Source: a virus. From it: DNA of 64,000 nucleotides. This document shows, piece after piece, positions 19,425 through 29,600 of this stretch. Under the pieces are notes generated by a model. It worked only from the letters and a program-made list of their open reading frames with translations. It did no database searches and had not been told where the DNA came from. Numbering within the stretch: the first letter of the stretch is position 1; every line of letters begins with the position of its first letter. The stretch spans positions 49,330 to 113,329 of the IMG/VR virus record IMGVR_UViG_3300035698_026135; one strand, written 5' to 3'. The translations under genes and the position numbers were made by a program.

Positions 19425-19802
19425 ATGCAAGAGATCAGCGAGAATTGGCTAAGAGGGAAGTATGTTGATGATGGGATGTCTGCTCGTGAAATATCGGAGC
19501 TTACAGATAGATCTGAGCAAACAATCTGTAGGAGATTGTGCTCTTTTGGAATTCCGACAAGGAGCCCCTCGGAAAGATATGCGATCATGATGAAGAAGAG
19601 AGTCTTTAAGACTATAGATCTCGATGCTGACCATATCAAACCATTTATAAAGATTTTAGAGGACAGTAAGGCAACCTCTTTAAAAGAAGCCTATAATCAT
19701 AAGAAATTTTGGGACCTAGAAAATGGTCGCACCCTATTTAAATGTCATAAGAAAACAGATACATGGGGACATAAAATTCACAGTTACAAAGGAGAAAAAT
19801 AA
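19425..19802 (+). pseudogene. Degenerate HTH-HNH homing endonuclease (intact frame, Zn ligands missing)
   Basis: HTH (GMSAREISEL..SEQTICRRL..FGI), then LDADHIKPF...WDLENGRTLFKCHKKTDTWG. The first CxxC is absent and the second is reduced to one Cys. Confidence 0.72.
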
Positions 19803-19804
19803 TT

Positions 19805-22255
19805 ATGTCCGAGAAAATCCTCGTCAGCGCTGGCGTTTTTTCGCGAGAGATTGATGGTACAATCCGCCCCGCAGATCCACAGGGAATTGGTCCCGCATTT
19901 ATTGCATCACGAGCAAAGGGGCCCGCGATGGTTCCGATCCGAACAAAGGATCTAGATACAGATCAACTATATTTTGGCGCACCAGACGCCTCAGGCAAAG
20001 ATTTTGGAGCCTATATGAACAGGCTCTATCTGGCACAAGATGCCACGCCCAGTACGTTCATTCGCGTCCTCCCCGTTGAGGGCACCGGAATCACTCCAGG
20101 GTTTACGGTAAACAATGTTGTAGCAATTGGATCTTCGGGCTCGACCGAAGGAAACATTCTTGCTTTGATTCATTCATCGGGAAGTGTAACCCTCACGGAT
20201 CTATCCTCCTCGATAGACGAACTCGGCCTCGTGATCGCTGGTGGCGACGGAAGCGGCGGCGTTCTTTCGGTTACCATGTCCTTGAATAGAAATTCAGACA
20301 AATACATAAAGAAGGTCTTGAATACAGATCCTACTCAGTATGGTACAAAAAATTATTATGTTTATTCCGTGTATGATTATGCGGACAAGGTTCCTGAGTC
20401 GGGAGTTGATGCGTTCTTCGCAGCCACTCTTCCAACAGGAGAGGCCGGAACTTACACCGATGGTTTCATTACGGGCGCAACGACGAACGTGATTTCTCAA
20501 CCATTCGATGCAACCGAATATGATCTATTTGGCGTCGGCTCAAGATTCGCAGGCGATAGCGCAAATACAGAAATTAAAGTTTCTGTTGTGAATATCAAGA
20601 AGTCTCCGAATCCAGATCAGAATGAGTTTGGGTCTTTCGGACTAATTGTTCGCCAGTACGCAGACAACGATCGTCAGCCAGTTGTTCTTGAGTCCTTCTC
20701 TAATCTATCTCTCAATCCAAGCGACAGAAACTATATCTGCCGAAGAATTGGTGATCGATACAAGGTCTGGAATTCAGCAACGGACAAGTTTGATGCATAC
20801 GGCGAGTTTGAAAACAAATCAAAATACGTCTATGTCAATCCAACTACAGATCTCAAAAACGGAAACGTTCCAGACGCCGCACTACCATGGGGTTTTAATG
20901 GATATAGGAATCTGACCTCTGGTGCCGTTGGCAACAAGGCTCCCTTTCCCCCTCTTCCGTATGTTCAGGACCTTGTTTACAAGAGCAACTTTACAACGAA
21001 GGTTTATTGGGGCGTTGAGATTATCAACAACGCTTCAGGCGCCATCAACCACGGCGTAGCAGATCGAGTTAAACATCTTAGTAAAACTCTTCTTGCTGCA
21101 TCTGGAACTGTTGACGCGGACTTCTCGCTTAAGTTTGTCTCAGGAGCCACCGCCAACGTCGCAGGCTATAGTGCCACCGGTCGTTTGACTGCACCTGATT
21201 TGTCGACCCTGAGTACGTCAATTCAGTATAGTGCATCAACCGTTATGCCCACAGCGGGCTCAGGCGGATTCCTTTCGGTGGACAACATTGAAAACACGGT
21301 CGTTGCCAAGTTCACATTCCCTATCGCTGATGGATTTGATGGACTCAACATTCACCTAAAGGACCCATTGTCCTCAGAACAGATGTTGACAGACCAAGAC
21401 TATCAGACGCACGCGTTCAAAACGGCGATAGACATGCTCTCCAATGCTGATGATATCAACATTAACGAGTTATCCATTCCTGGAATTTACGCCAACAAGA
21501 TCAGAGATAAGGCCGTTGAAGTCGTAGAGGATCGCGGAGACGCATTTTATATGATGGATATCTCAGGTGCCACGGTCGATGATGCCGTGGACAGTGTTGT
21601 AGTCAATCAGCTCGACAGCAACTATGCCGGAGTGTGGTATCCCTACCTTCGACTCAACGACTCCTTGAATAACAAGATTGTGGAAGTTCCACCAACCGTT
21701 GTCATGCCAGCAGTTCTTGCCTTCAATGACAAGACCGCATTCCCTTGGTTTGCTCCTGCCGGATTCAATCGAGGCGGACTGGCGCAATATGGAGTAGTTG
21801 AGGCAAAAGACAAACTCAACAAGGCAGATAGAGATAAACTTTATGAGAATAGAGTCAATCCTATCGCGACCTTCCCCAACCAGGGAACCGTCGTCTGGGG
21901 TCAGAAGACACTGCAAATTGCACCTTCTGCCCTTGATCGAATTAACGTTCGTCGAATGCTGCTTAGAGTCAGAAAGACAATCGCTCAAGAGGCACGAAAT
22001 ATCGTCTTCGAGCCGAATGTCCCTGCTACGTGGGAAAGATTTAAGAATCGCGTCGAGCCTTTCTTGAACCGCGTCAGAGAAAATGCCGGAATTGAAGATT
22101 TCAAGTTGATTCTCGACGAAAGCACGACCACCGAGGATTTGATCGAGCGAAACATCATGTATGGTAAAATCGCAGTCAAACCCACCAGAGCGGCAGAATA
22201 TGTCTTGCTGGACTTCTTTGTGACAAACAACGTTGCCGGCTTCCAAGATAGTTAA
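19805..22255 (+). CDS. gp18: Tail sheath protein (gp18-like)
   Basis: VSAGVFSREID, KGPAMVP, PWFAPAGFNRGGL, LYENRVNPIATFP, VVWGQKTLQ, SALDRINVRR, VFEPN. Confidence 0.96.
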   Translation: MSEKILVSAGVFSREIDGTIRPADPQGIGPAFIASRAKGPAMVPIRTKDLDTDQLYFGAPDASGKDFGAYMNRLYLAQDATPSTFIRVLPVEGTGITPGFTVNNVVAIGSSGSTEGNILALIHSSGSVTLTDLSSSIDELGLVIAGGDGSGGVLSVTMSLNRNSDKYIKKVLNTDPTQYGTKNYYVYSVYDYADKVPESGVDAFFAATLPTGEAGTYTDGFITGATTNVISQPFDATEYDLFGVGSRFAGDSANTEIKVSVVNIKKSPNPDQNEFGSFGLIVRQYADNDRQPVVLESFSNLSLNPSDRNYICRRIGDRYKVWNSATDKFDAYGEFENKSKYVYVNPTTDLKNGNVPDAALPWGFNGYRNLTSGAVGNKAPFPPLPYVQDLVYKSNFTTKVYWGVEIINNASGAINHGVADRVKHLSKTLLAASGTVDADFSLKFVSGATANVAGYSATGRLTAPDLSTLSTSIQYSASTVMPTAGSGGFLSVDNIENTVVAKFTFPIADGFDGLNIHLKDPLSSEQMLTDQDYQTHAFKTAIDMLSNADDININELSIPGIYANKIRDKAVEVVEDRGDAFYMMDISGATVDDAVDSVVVNQLDSNYAGVWYPYLRLNDSLNNKIVEVPPTVVMPAVLAFNDKTAFPWFAPAGFNRGGLAQYGVVEAKDKLNKADRDKLYENRVNPIATFPNQGTVVWGQKTLQIAPSALDRINVRRMLLRVRKTIAQEARNIVFEPNVPATWERFKNRVEPFLNRVRENAGIEDFKLILDESTTTEDLIERNIMYGKIAVKPTRAAEYVLLDFFVTNNVAGFQDS

Positions 22256-22278
22256 AAAATAAAACAAGACCTGTATAG

Positions 22279-22305
22279 AAAGCCCCTGAATTCCAGGGGT
22301 TTTTT
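22279..22305 (+). terminator. Rho-independent terminator after the sheath gene
   Basis: AAAGCCCCTG-AATTC-CAGGGGTTTTTT. Confidence 0.85.
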
Positions 22306-22452
22306 ATTTGTGGTGTACGCTTTTATCAAAATATCGGCCTTTTATCGGCCAGGGAACCAAAGACTCGCTTTATGTCGAATAAATAGATATTTAAATTATT
22401 TTACTTTTGTTTGTCTCATTACTAATTAAAAACAACTAGGAGATAAACTTGA

Positions 22453-22941
22453 ATGGCTGAAACATTAGAAGTAACACAGATGCTCGCAAATCAATACGAG
22501 CCCAAAAGAAAGTTCCGTTGGTTGCTAGAAATTGATGGAATTGACGCCTTTACTTGCAAAACGACCCAAAGACCCAAAAAGAAATTTGAACCCAAGACGA
22601 TTGATTATATTAATCAGAAAAGGTATGTCGCAGGGAAAGGGGAATGGCAAGAGGTTCAGTTTGTTCTGTATGACCCCATTGCTCCATCGGCAGCACAAAA
22701 GGTAACATCCTGGCTCCGATTGGTCCACGACGATCCTACTGGACGTATGGGCTATGCTGAAATGTATAAGAAAAACTTCGCACTCAAACTCCTTGATGGA
22801 ATTGGGAATGTTGTTGAAAAGTGGAACATCATAGGCGCTTGGCCCATGGATGTTGATTTTGGAGAACTGGACTACGAGTCCAGCGACCTTACCGAAATTA
22901 CGGTAATGATTCGTTACGACGAAGCGAGAATGGAATTTTAA
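22453..22941 (+). CDS. gp19: Tail tube protein (gp19-like)
   Basis: YEPKRKFRW, IDYINQKRYVAGK, LYDPIAPSAAQKV..WLRL, VVEKW..GAWP...FGELDY. Confidence 0.93.
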   Translation: MAETLEVTQMLANQYEPKRKFRWLLEIDGIDAFTCKTTQRPKKKFEPKTIDYINQKRYVAGKGEWQEVQFVLYDPIAPSAAQKVTSWLRLVHDDPTGRMGYAEMYKKNFALKLLDGIGNVVEKWNIIGAWPMDVDFGELDYESSDLTEITVMIRYDEARMEF

Positions 22942-22978
22942 TCACACACATTAGGAGACAATAAGGAATTATTTTACA

Positions 22979-24730
22979 ATGAAGAAGAAAAAGATGAAAT
23001 TGAGTGAATTCGCACCTCTAGCTGCTGTTGGGGGTGCTCTTGCATCCGCAGCCACAGACAAGGTTGTCGATGCCCTAACTGATGCAAAAGAAGAGGGAGA
23101 GATCTCCGAACAGTCCGCATTTCAAGAAATGTTTGAAGCCGGAATGAAAAACGAAGATTATCCGGCACGAAATCAATATCCTGGCGGACAAGAGTTTCCA
23201 AAATATAAGAAGCCCGAAAACACCGGAAGTGAAGAGTTAGACGAAGACGGATATCCCCATTCGATTCAATATCCCGGAAAGAAACCCGCATGGCCAAGAG
23301 TTAAAGAGTCAGTAGCGCAAGATTTAGATCCAGGATTTAAAGATTGGGTAGAAGAGAGATATGGCATGGACCCAGCGCAGCTTGAGAACGATCAGCAAAA
23401 CAAGTTGGCCACCGAATATAGAAATAAGACAGGGCTTAAGAATAGGCCTAAAATCGGTGAGGCACGAAAGTCCCAAAAGTCCCTTAAAGAATTTGGGGCC
23501 GCTCAAGGACAATCCGATCCAAAGGCCGCCTTACCAGAGCTGATGAGGCTTTTGATGGCCCTACCTCAGCAAGAGCTTATAAAGATTGGTAGCATGATTC
23601 CCAAGTTGGCTTCAATGAAGCAAAATCAGAGAGAGTCTAAAGACCTTAAGGAACGTTTCCCTGGAGAACAAGGACGCGACCTATCCCAAGAGTACAGGGC
23701 AGACCAAGTGAGCCAAGCAACAAGCCGAATGCCTCAAGGCGCGGAAGCAAATCCCGATGATGTATTTGCAGATTTTGAAAACAATCAAATGAATCGTCAA
23801 ATGTCTGGAATGTCTAGAAGCAATCTTCCATCGATGAACAATTCACCACAAAATCCGTTCTCTGGAGAACGATCCAAGCCTGGTCTTGGAGTAATAAATA
23901 AAAACTTAAATCGGTTTTCGAGAGAGGATCTTCCCACAATGCACGGAGAAAATAAAAAGATTTCAATGACAAAAGGTCGATTAAGAGATATAATCAAAGA
24001 GAGTTTGGTTTTACAGAAAAAGAAAGAGTGTGTTAATCGCATTGTTAAACAACAGATCACAGAGCAGGTTAGAGTTCATCATTTGGCAAATCATTACCTC
24101 ACAGAGGGTCCTCTTTCCAATATGTGGCAAGGTGCAAAAACAGCTGGAGCTGGAGTTGCCGGAGCCGCAAAGGGTCTCGTTCAAGGCGCTCAGGGCGCAA
24201 TGGGCCAAGCTGCTGCTGGTATGGAACAGGGTCGCGCCGCACAGCAGGCACAGAATCAAGTCCAACAGGCAGAAAAACAACTCATGAAACTTGTCGGCAC
24301 AGCAAGCAAGGCGAAAGATCGTTTTACTCAAGAGACCCTAAAGAGTTCTCAGCTTTTAAATAATTATCATGAGGCTATCACTCAACTCACCGCAGCCCAC
24401 AAGCAGCTATCTCCTCAGCTTGGATCAGAAGGAGAGCGACTAAAAGGTGAGGTCGATCGCATGGTAGGACAGCTATATTATGACCTCAAGTCAGAAAAAG
24501 AGGGAGTAGAGACCTTCCTAAAGAGTCTTCGCTCAGATGGCTCAATGGTACAAGGCCAAGCTCAATATCAGGGATCTCAAGCTAGAAAGGGTGCGGACAC
24601 CGAGCGACAGGCTCAACATGGCGGCAAAACTTCAGCCAGAAGTCGCGCATCTAGAGATTCAGGCCCAGGCAAAAAACCTTACAAAGTTCCTAGTCCCGAC
24701 GATATGGGATTCGGCAAAAAAAAGAAATAA
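22979..24730 (+). CDS. Putative internal head polyprotein (Q/A/G-rich, many xxE cleavage-like sites)
   Basis: KLSE, EISE, ELDE, RVKE, SLKE, DLKE, LRDIIKE, QITE and YLTE|GP, separating short modules. Confidence 0.65.
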   Translation: MKKKKMKLSEFAPLAAVGGALASAATDKVVDALTDAKEEGEISEQSAFQEMFEAGMKNEDYPARNQYPGGQEFPKYKKPENTGSEELDEDGYPHSIQYPGKKPAWPRVKESVAQDLDPGFKDWVEERYGMDPAQLENDQQNKLATEYRNKTGLKNRPKIGEARKSQKSLKEFGAAQGQSDPKAALPELMRLLMALPQQELIKIGSMIPKLASMKQNQRESKDLKERFPGEQGRDLSQEYRADQVSQATSRMPQGAEANPDDVFADFENNQMNRQMSGMSRSNLPSMNNSPQNPFSGERSKPGLGVINKNLNRFSREDLPTMHGENKKISMTKGRLRDIIKESLVLQKKKECVNRIVKQQITEQVRVHHLANHYLTEGPLSNMWQGAKTAGAGVAGAAKGLVQGAQGAMGQAAAGMEQGRAAQQAQNQVQQAEKQLMKLVGTASKAKDRFTQETLKSSQLLNNYHEAITQLTAAHKQLSPQLGSEGERLKGEVDRMVGQLYYDLKSEKEGVETFLKSLRSDGSMVQGQAQYQGSQARKGADTERQAQHGGKTSARSRASRDSGPGKKPYKVPSPDDMGFGKKKK

Positions 24731-24733
24731 GTT

Positions 24734-26194
24734 ATGAAGAAAAAACCTTCTGAAAAAATCATTAACGAAGCAATCCAGGCCGCGATCAATGGGAGAATCC
24801 TGCACGAGGGTCCTATTAATTTCGTAAAATCTGTTGGCGCTGGAATAAAAGGCGCCGGCCAAGGCGCTCTTGGAAACTATAATGCCAATAAGGCCAAGTC
24901 TTATATGGACCAGTTTGCCAAGAAGACAGAGAAGGGTTTTCAGAAATTTTCCACAAAGACAAAGAATGTCGCCGGAAAGATGAAGAACTCGTCCAATCCT
25001 GCCGTTAGCAAGACTGGACAAGAGATAGACTCAGAAGTCGAAGATGCAAGGAATAAGCTAGGTCGTGTTATAAAAGATATGCAGCAAAACCTGCCTTCAG
25101 CCGTTGGCGGAAGTAAAAACAAAGGCGCCTTCGCTGGATCTGAAGCAGGACAAGAAAAAGGATCTCCAGAATCAGAAAAAGAAGATTTATTCTCCCCCGA
25201 AATGAAACAGTGGTTTGATGAAAAACATGGACATACCGGACTTAGCTTGGATAAATTATCTAAGTCATCCAGGGAAAAGGTTCAGTTTCAGTACAGTAGA
25301 GAGAAAGAAAAAAAAGAAGATGACGCCCTAAACCCCAAAGAAGAACCTAAAGCCGAAGAGCCAAAAGAAAAAAAAGAACCCGAAGCAAAAGGTGAGCCCG
25401 AAGCAAAAGGTGAGCCCGAACAACCGGAACCCGAAGTTCCTAAATCAGGATTTGAAAGATGGGTTGAAAAAGAATACGATTCGCCATTTGAGCAAGTTGC
25501 GCAAGGCAACGCAGCGAAGGCTCGTTTGTTCAAGGACTACCAAGAGCACGTCAGACAACAGAAGGTTATCAAAAAGGCCCAAGCGGCCCAAGCTAATGCG
25601 GCCACCGCAGAGCCAGCCCCCGCTGTTGACGAGCCCGTCACAACTCCTCCTCCAGGCTCCACGGGAACCGGAGCAAACGCCCCCAAGGTAAGCCAGGCTC
25701 AACCAAGCCAGAAAAAGAAAGCAAGCGGATACAAACCGCCCACGCCAGAACAAATGAGGAAGAAGATGGACAGAGACGAACACCAAAGAAGATCTGCTGC
25801 GAAACAGGCCGGCCAACAACAGGCTCGGCCACAAGAGGCCAACTCTCCAATGCTTCCTCCTCCATCAGCCGCAAGCCATCAGGCCGGCCGCACCAAAATT
25901 CCGACATCACAAACGCCAATTCGGGTCGCTCAGCCTGATGAAGAGCACATGAAAGCCAATTTTGGATCACGGACAGCAAATCAAACCGTCAAAAACCAGA
26001 AAATTAGAGACACATCAACCTGGAGGCCTCCAAGTAAAAAGGAGGGCCAACAAGAAGAGGGATTTGATGGTAGCAAAACAATGTCGGACTACATGTCGCA
26101 TTATGACGACAATCCAGACGAAGAGGCAGCAGCCCTTGAACAATATAAATTAGATTCTTTTTTCCCATACACACAGAAGAAGAAGCGTAAATAA
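24734..26194 (+). CDS. Putative internal head protein, partly paralogous to the upstream ORF
   Basis: KIINE..ILHE|GPINFVKSVGAGIKG resembles YLTE|GPLSNMWQGAKTAGAGVAG. P/Q/E/K-rich. Confidence 0.65.
   Translation: MKKKPSEKIINEAIQAAINGRILHEGPINFVKSVGAGIKGAGQGALGNYNANKAKSYMDQFAKKTEKGFQKFSTKTKNVAGKMKNSSNPAVSKTGQEIDSEVEDARNKLGRVIKDMQQNLPSAVGGSKNKGAFAGSEAGQEKGSPESEKEDLFSPEMKQWFDEKHGHTGLSLDKLSKSSREKVQFQYSREKEKKEDDALNPKEEPKAEEPKEKKEPEAKGEPEAKGEPEQPEPEVPKSGFERWVEKEYDSPFEQVAQGNAAKARLFKDYQEHVRQQKVIKKAQAAQANAATAEPAPAVDEPVTTPPPGSTGTGANAPKVSQAQPSQKKKASGYKPPTPEQMRKKMDRDEHQRRSAAKQAGQQQARPQEANSPMLPPPSAASHQAGRTKIPTSQTPIRVAQPDEEHMKANFGSRTANQTVKNQKIRDTSTWRPPSKKEGQQEEGFDGSKTMSDYMSHYDDNPDEEAAALEQYKLDSFFPYTQKKKRK
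25376..25420 (+). repeat. 18-nt coding tandem repeat (EPEAKG, about 2.5 copies)
   Basis: gaacccgaagcaaaaggt gagcccgaagcaaaaggt gagcccgaa. Confidence 0.85.
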
Positions 26195-26266
26195 ACATAC
26201 GCACCCAAAAATTCGAACTTAGACTAGCTTAGATTATCTTAGCTTTCATAATATTAAGGAGATAGC

Positions 26267-27088
26267 ATGACACAAAAAAATATAGATGTGCTGGAAGGCA
26301 CAAAGAAAAATGACGAGGGGGTACCATTTGAATCGGTACCCTTGCCGTCCCAAGGCGCAATTTACGCAGAGGAACACCCGCTCTATCAAGAGACTTCTGT
26401 TGAAATTAAGGCCATGACAGCAGTTGAGGAAGATATCCTTACATCAAGAGCCTTGATTAAAAAGGGTACCGTAATAGATGAACTTTTGAAATCTTGTCTC
26501 TTGAATAAATCGATTAATCCCGCCAAGCTTTTGGCTGGCGACAAATCCGCAATTCTTTTAGCTATTAGAATTTCTGGTTTCGGAGCAGACTATACCGTCG
26601 AGACGGCTTGTCCAGACTGTAGTAAAAAGTTTGACTATACCTTTGATCTCTCTAAGTGTTCTATTAAAAACCTGGCCGAAGAGCCACAGTCCCCAGGAGA
26701 GAACCTTTTCCTGATGACACTTCCCATGTCAAAAAAGGAGGTGAAATTTAGACTGCTAACAGCAGAAGACGAAGAAGATATTACAAAAACTCAAGAAGCT
26801 CGAAAGAGAGCTGTCATGAAGCAGACGAAAGGACGCGCACCAGATCTAGAAACGAACGTTACAGATCGATTGACTTTCGCTGTTGTCTCTTTGGGAGGCG
26901 AACAAGATAAATCCAAAATTGCTAAAATGGTCAGACAACTACGCGCAGGAGATTCTAAAGCTCTCCGTCGTAGGATGAACGAGATCGAACCAGACGTAAG
27001 GATGGAAGAGGAGGTAAACTGCCCTCATTGTGGAGCCGTGGAATCACACGACATCCCGATGGGGGTAGAATTTCTTTGGCCGCAATAG
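26267..27088 (+). CDS. Tail/baseplate-hub assembly chaperone (gp26/gp51-like)
   Basis: VPLPSQG..Y, IKAMTAVEEDILTS..LIKKG, GDKSAILLAIRISGFG..Y, two CPxC motifs, C-terminal EFLWP. Precedes the tape measure gene. Confidence 0.8.
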   Translation: MTQKNIDVLEGTKKNDEGVPFESVPLPSQGAIYAEEHPLYQETSVEIKAMTAVEEDILTSRALIKKGTVIDELLKSCLLNKSINPAKLLAGDKSAILLAIRISGFGADYTVETACPDCSKKFDYTFDLSKCSIKNLAEEPQSPGENLFLMTLPMSKKEVKFRLLTAEDEEDITKTQEARKRAVMKQTKGRAPDLETNVTDRLTFAVVSLGGEQDKSKIAKMVRQLRAGDSKALRRRMNEIEPDVRMEEEVNCPHCGAVESHDIPMGVEFLWPQ

Positions 27089-27281
27089 TGAATACTTATT
27101 CGGTATAGATAACAACTATATAACAAAAGTCTCTTTGAAGGAAACTTATTACTTGGTTGGCTACGGATTTTCCCATGAATCGCTTAGGAAAATGCCTATA
27201 GCCCTAAGAAGATATTATTTTTCTGAATTTGTTAAACAGAAAGAAGATGAGAGAGGAGAAAATCCCACTCCACAAAGATAG
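27069..27281 (+). CDS. Predicted frameshift-dependent C-terminal extension of the tail chaperone (lambda G-T-like)
   Basis: The +1 frame is open for 70 codons from GAA TTT CTT TGG: NFFGRNSEYLFGIDNNY...GFSHESLRKMPIALRRYYFSEFVKQKEDE. No SD-led start. Confidence 0.65.
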   Translation, partial: NFFGRNSEYLFGIDNNYITKVSLKETYYLVGYGFSHESLRKMPIALRRYYFSEFVKQKEDERGENPTPQR

Positions 27282-27308
27282 ATGCGCTTCTATTTAATCT
27301 AGAATTCG

Positions 27309-29597
27309 ATGAATAAAAACGACATGAAAGACATCAGTGCCGGCATGGGCGGACTGACGCAAGCGATTGATAGACTAGAGGCTCGCCTTTCTGGTGCGGG
27401 AGAGAACTTTAAAAAATTCGGAGCCTCTGCTGCTGACTCTACAAAGAAAACAGCCAGAGCCAAAAAGGGTACGTCCGACCTTTCTTCTAGTATGTCCAAG
27501 CAGGCCACCATTATGAGTACGGTCACCGACAAAATAAAGAGACACACCAGCGCTCTAGGTCTGCTTACAGCCGCCATTAGCCTAGTTAAGACCGCCTGGA
27601 AGTCCTGGATGGCTGTCGGCACAGCTTCAAAGAAGGCATTTGCCGATATGTCTGGACAACTAGGTTTATCCACAGCCCAGATGGGTAAGATGAAGAAGGC
27701 CTCCAGAGAACTTCAGGGGACATATAACGGCCTTGTCGGAACCATCGGCGAAGTCAATATTACACTTTCAGCAAAAGACACAGCAGAATTAGCTAAATCT
27801 TGGAGAAATGTCAATGAAGCAGCAGGCCCAGGATTCGGGAATGCCATGCTCACCTTCTCTAGAGGTATGGGCCTTGGAATGGAGGGCGCTACTACATTAA
27901 GGCGCTCGCTCGAAAGCATGGGTGTAACAGAAACAAGTGCAGAGTTTCAGGCTTGGGGCGGTGAAATGATCGGCTTCGCGGATAGTATTGGTGCAAGCGC
28001 TGGCCAATTGATGGGAGATTTCAACGAGTCCAAGGATGTGTTGGCAAGATTTGGCAAACAAGGCATGTCAACATTTAAAGATGCTTCCCTGATGGCAACA
28101 AAATTTGGTCTGTCCACAAAGAAACTTTTGGAAGGAATGACAGGGTTTGATAAATTTGGAGACTCAGCAAGCAAGGTGAATGAATTGAATGCAGTTCTTG
28201 GCACAACGGTATCTGCATATAAGTTAACGATGGAAACAAGTCCAGCAAAGAGGTTGGAGATGGTTCGACAAGAAGTCATGGAGTCAGGCAAAGAGTGGGA
28301 ACACATGAGCCACATTCAGAGAAAGACTTTAGCTCAGACTGTCGGACTAAGCGAAGAAGAAGCAGCTCGCGTATTTAAAAATAAAATGTCTCTTAGCGAG
28401 CTTCGCGGAGAGCAAGAGAAGGCAGCAAAAAAGAAAGGCCTTGAAGCGCTATCGGAAAAAGAGAATCAGAAAAAGATGCAAGACGCTCTTATTCGAACTG
28501 GTGAAGTGTTTGATAAAATAAGCCAGGCTATGGATGGATTCTTTAAGTCGATAGGAAATCTTCTAGCTCCCATCTTCGGAGATGTTAACGATGGCCTATC
28601 GGGCATGATCAACAAGGCGACTGTATTTATCAACAAGATAGCGAAGGACAAAAAAGTCCAAGCGTTCATGGTCAGACTGAAAGAAAAAATAGACCAAATC
28701 GGTAAAGAGGCACTTCCCTGGATCACCGACACAGCTTGGCCATTGGTAGAAAAGGCTTTTATGTTCATAGACAAACACGCCATTCCTGCTTTTGATTTAT
28801 TTCTAGATACCGTTAATATGGTTGCCGAATCATTTGAGTGGTGGGCAACAGCGTTCAATAAATATGTTGCTGCGCCTTTCAAGTTCTTCTTTGGGGATGT
28901 CGATTTTCTAACAAGGTTTAAAGATTCAATGCATATCATAATGCTCGACATTGGACAAGATATCTATAGTTCAATAGCAACACCGTTTCAGAAAATCTCT
29001 CAATTGATATTGACGCTCGCCGGGAAAGTTCCCGCCCTCGGCAAAATGATCAATAAGGCCGGCCTGGGCGAAGGCCTTAAACATATGGCTGCTGGCGGGA
29101 ACCCCTTTTCTAAGGCTATTGTAGAAAAACAAAAAGACATGACAAAAGATGAAGGTGCGTACAAGATCGCTGAAGTGATGAAAGGTCGCGGCGTAGGCGC
29201 AACCGAACTCGCTAAGCTACCAGAGCACAAAAATGCACTAGAGAATCTTATGAGGATGGCACCAGAGGGAACGAAAGATAAGGCCGCTTATGTACAAAGC
29301 CTGTATGACCGAATCGGTAAAGGCAACGGCGCCACTGACAACGAAAGAGGTAACGGCCAACTTGGCGGAATAAGAGCGCCAGCAGCCACCGCAGCCACCG
29401 CAGGCTATACCGAAACCCTTCTTCCAGAAGAGGCGGCTGGAGGCTCTTCAAATAAGAATGCAACAAAAAAGACAAGAAGTGCTTCACCAAGCAGTCTAAG
29501 CCCTGGATCCAAAGATATTACAATAGAAGCAGCAGATGTTGTTATGGACGGAAAGAAGGTTGGAAGCGTTTTGTTTCAAGCCTCCGTAAGAGATTAA
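27309..29597 (+). CDS. Tape measure protein
   Basis: 762 aa, helical, A/G/K/M-rich with periodic aromatics. Canonical position after the chaperone. Confidence 0.82.
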   Translation: MNKNDMKDISAGMGGLTQAIDRLEARLSGAGENFKKFGASAADSTKKTARAKKGTSDLSSSMSKQATIMSTVTDKIKRHTSALGLLTAAISLVKTAWKSWMAVGTASKKAFADMSGQLGLSTAQMGKMKKASRELQGTYNGLVGTIGEVNITLSAKDTAELAKSWRNVNEAAGPGFGNAMLTFSRGMGLGMEGATTLRRSLESMGVTETSAEFQAWGGEMIGFADSIGASAGQLMGDFNESKDVLARFGKQGMSTFKDASLMATKFGLSTKKLLEGMTGFDKFGDSASKVNELNAVLGTTVSAYKLTMETSPAKRLEMVRQEVMESGKEWEHMSHIQRKTLAQTVGLSEEEAARVFKNKMSLSELRGEQEKAAKKKGLEALSEKENQKKMQDALIRTGEVFDKISQAMDGFFKSIGNLLAPIFGDVNDGLSGMINKATVFINKIAKDKKVQAFMVRLKEKIDQIGKEALPWITDTAWPLVEKAFMFIDKHAIPAFDLFLDTVNMVAESFEWWATAFNKYVAAPFKFFFGDVDFLTRFKDSMHIIMLDIGQDIYSSIATPFQKISQLILTLAGKVPALGKMINKAGLGEGLKHMAAGGNPFSKAIVEKQKDMTKDEGAYKIAEVMKGRGVGATELAKLPEHKNALENLMRMAPEGTKDKAAYVQSLYDRIGKGNGATDNERGNGQLGGIRAPAATAATAGYTETLLPEEAAGGSSNKNATKKTRSASPSSLSPGSKDITIEAADVVMDGKKVGSVLFQASVRD

Positions 29598-29600
29598 AAA

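Noticed and set aside
22333-22350. TATCGGCC direct repeat between sheath and tube genes
   Set aside because: Only two 8-bp copies and not noticed elsewhere; could be chance.
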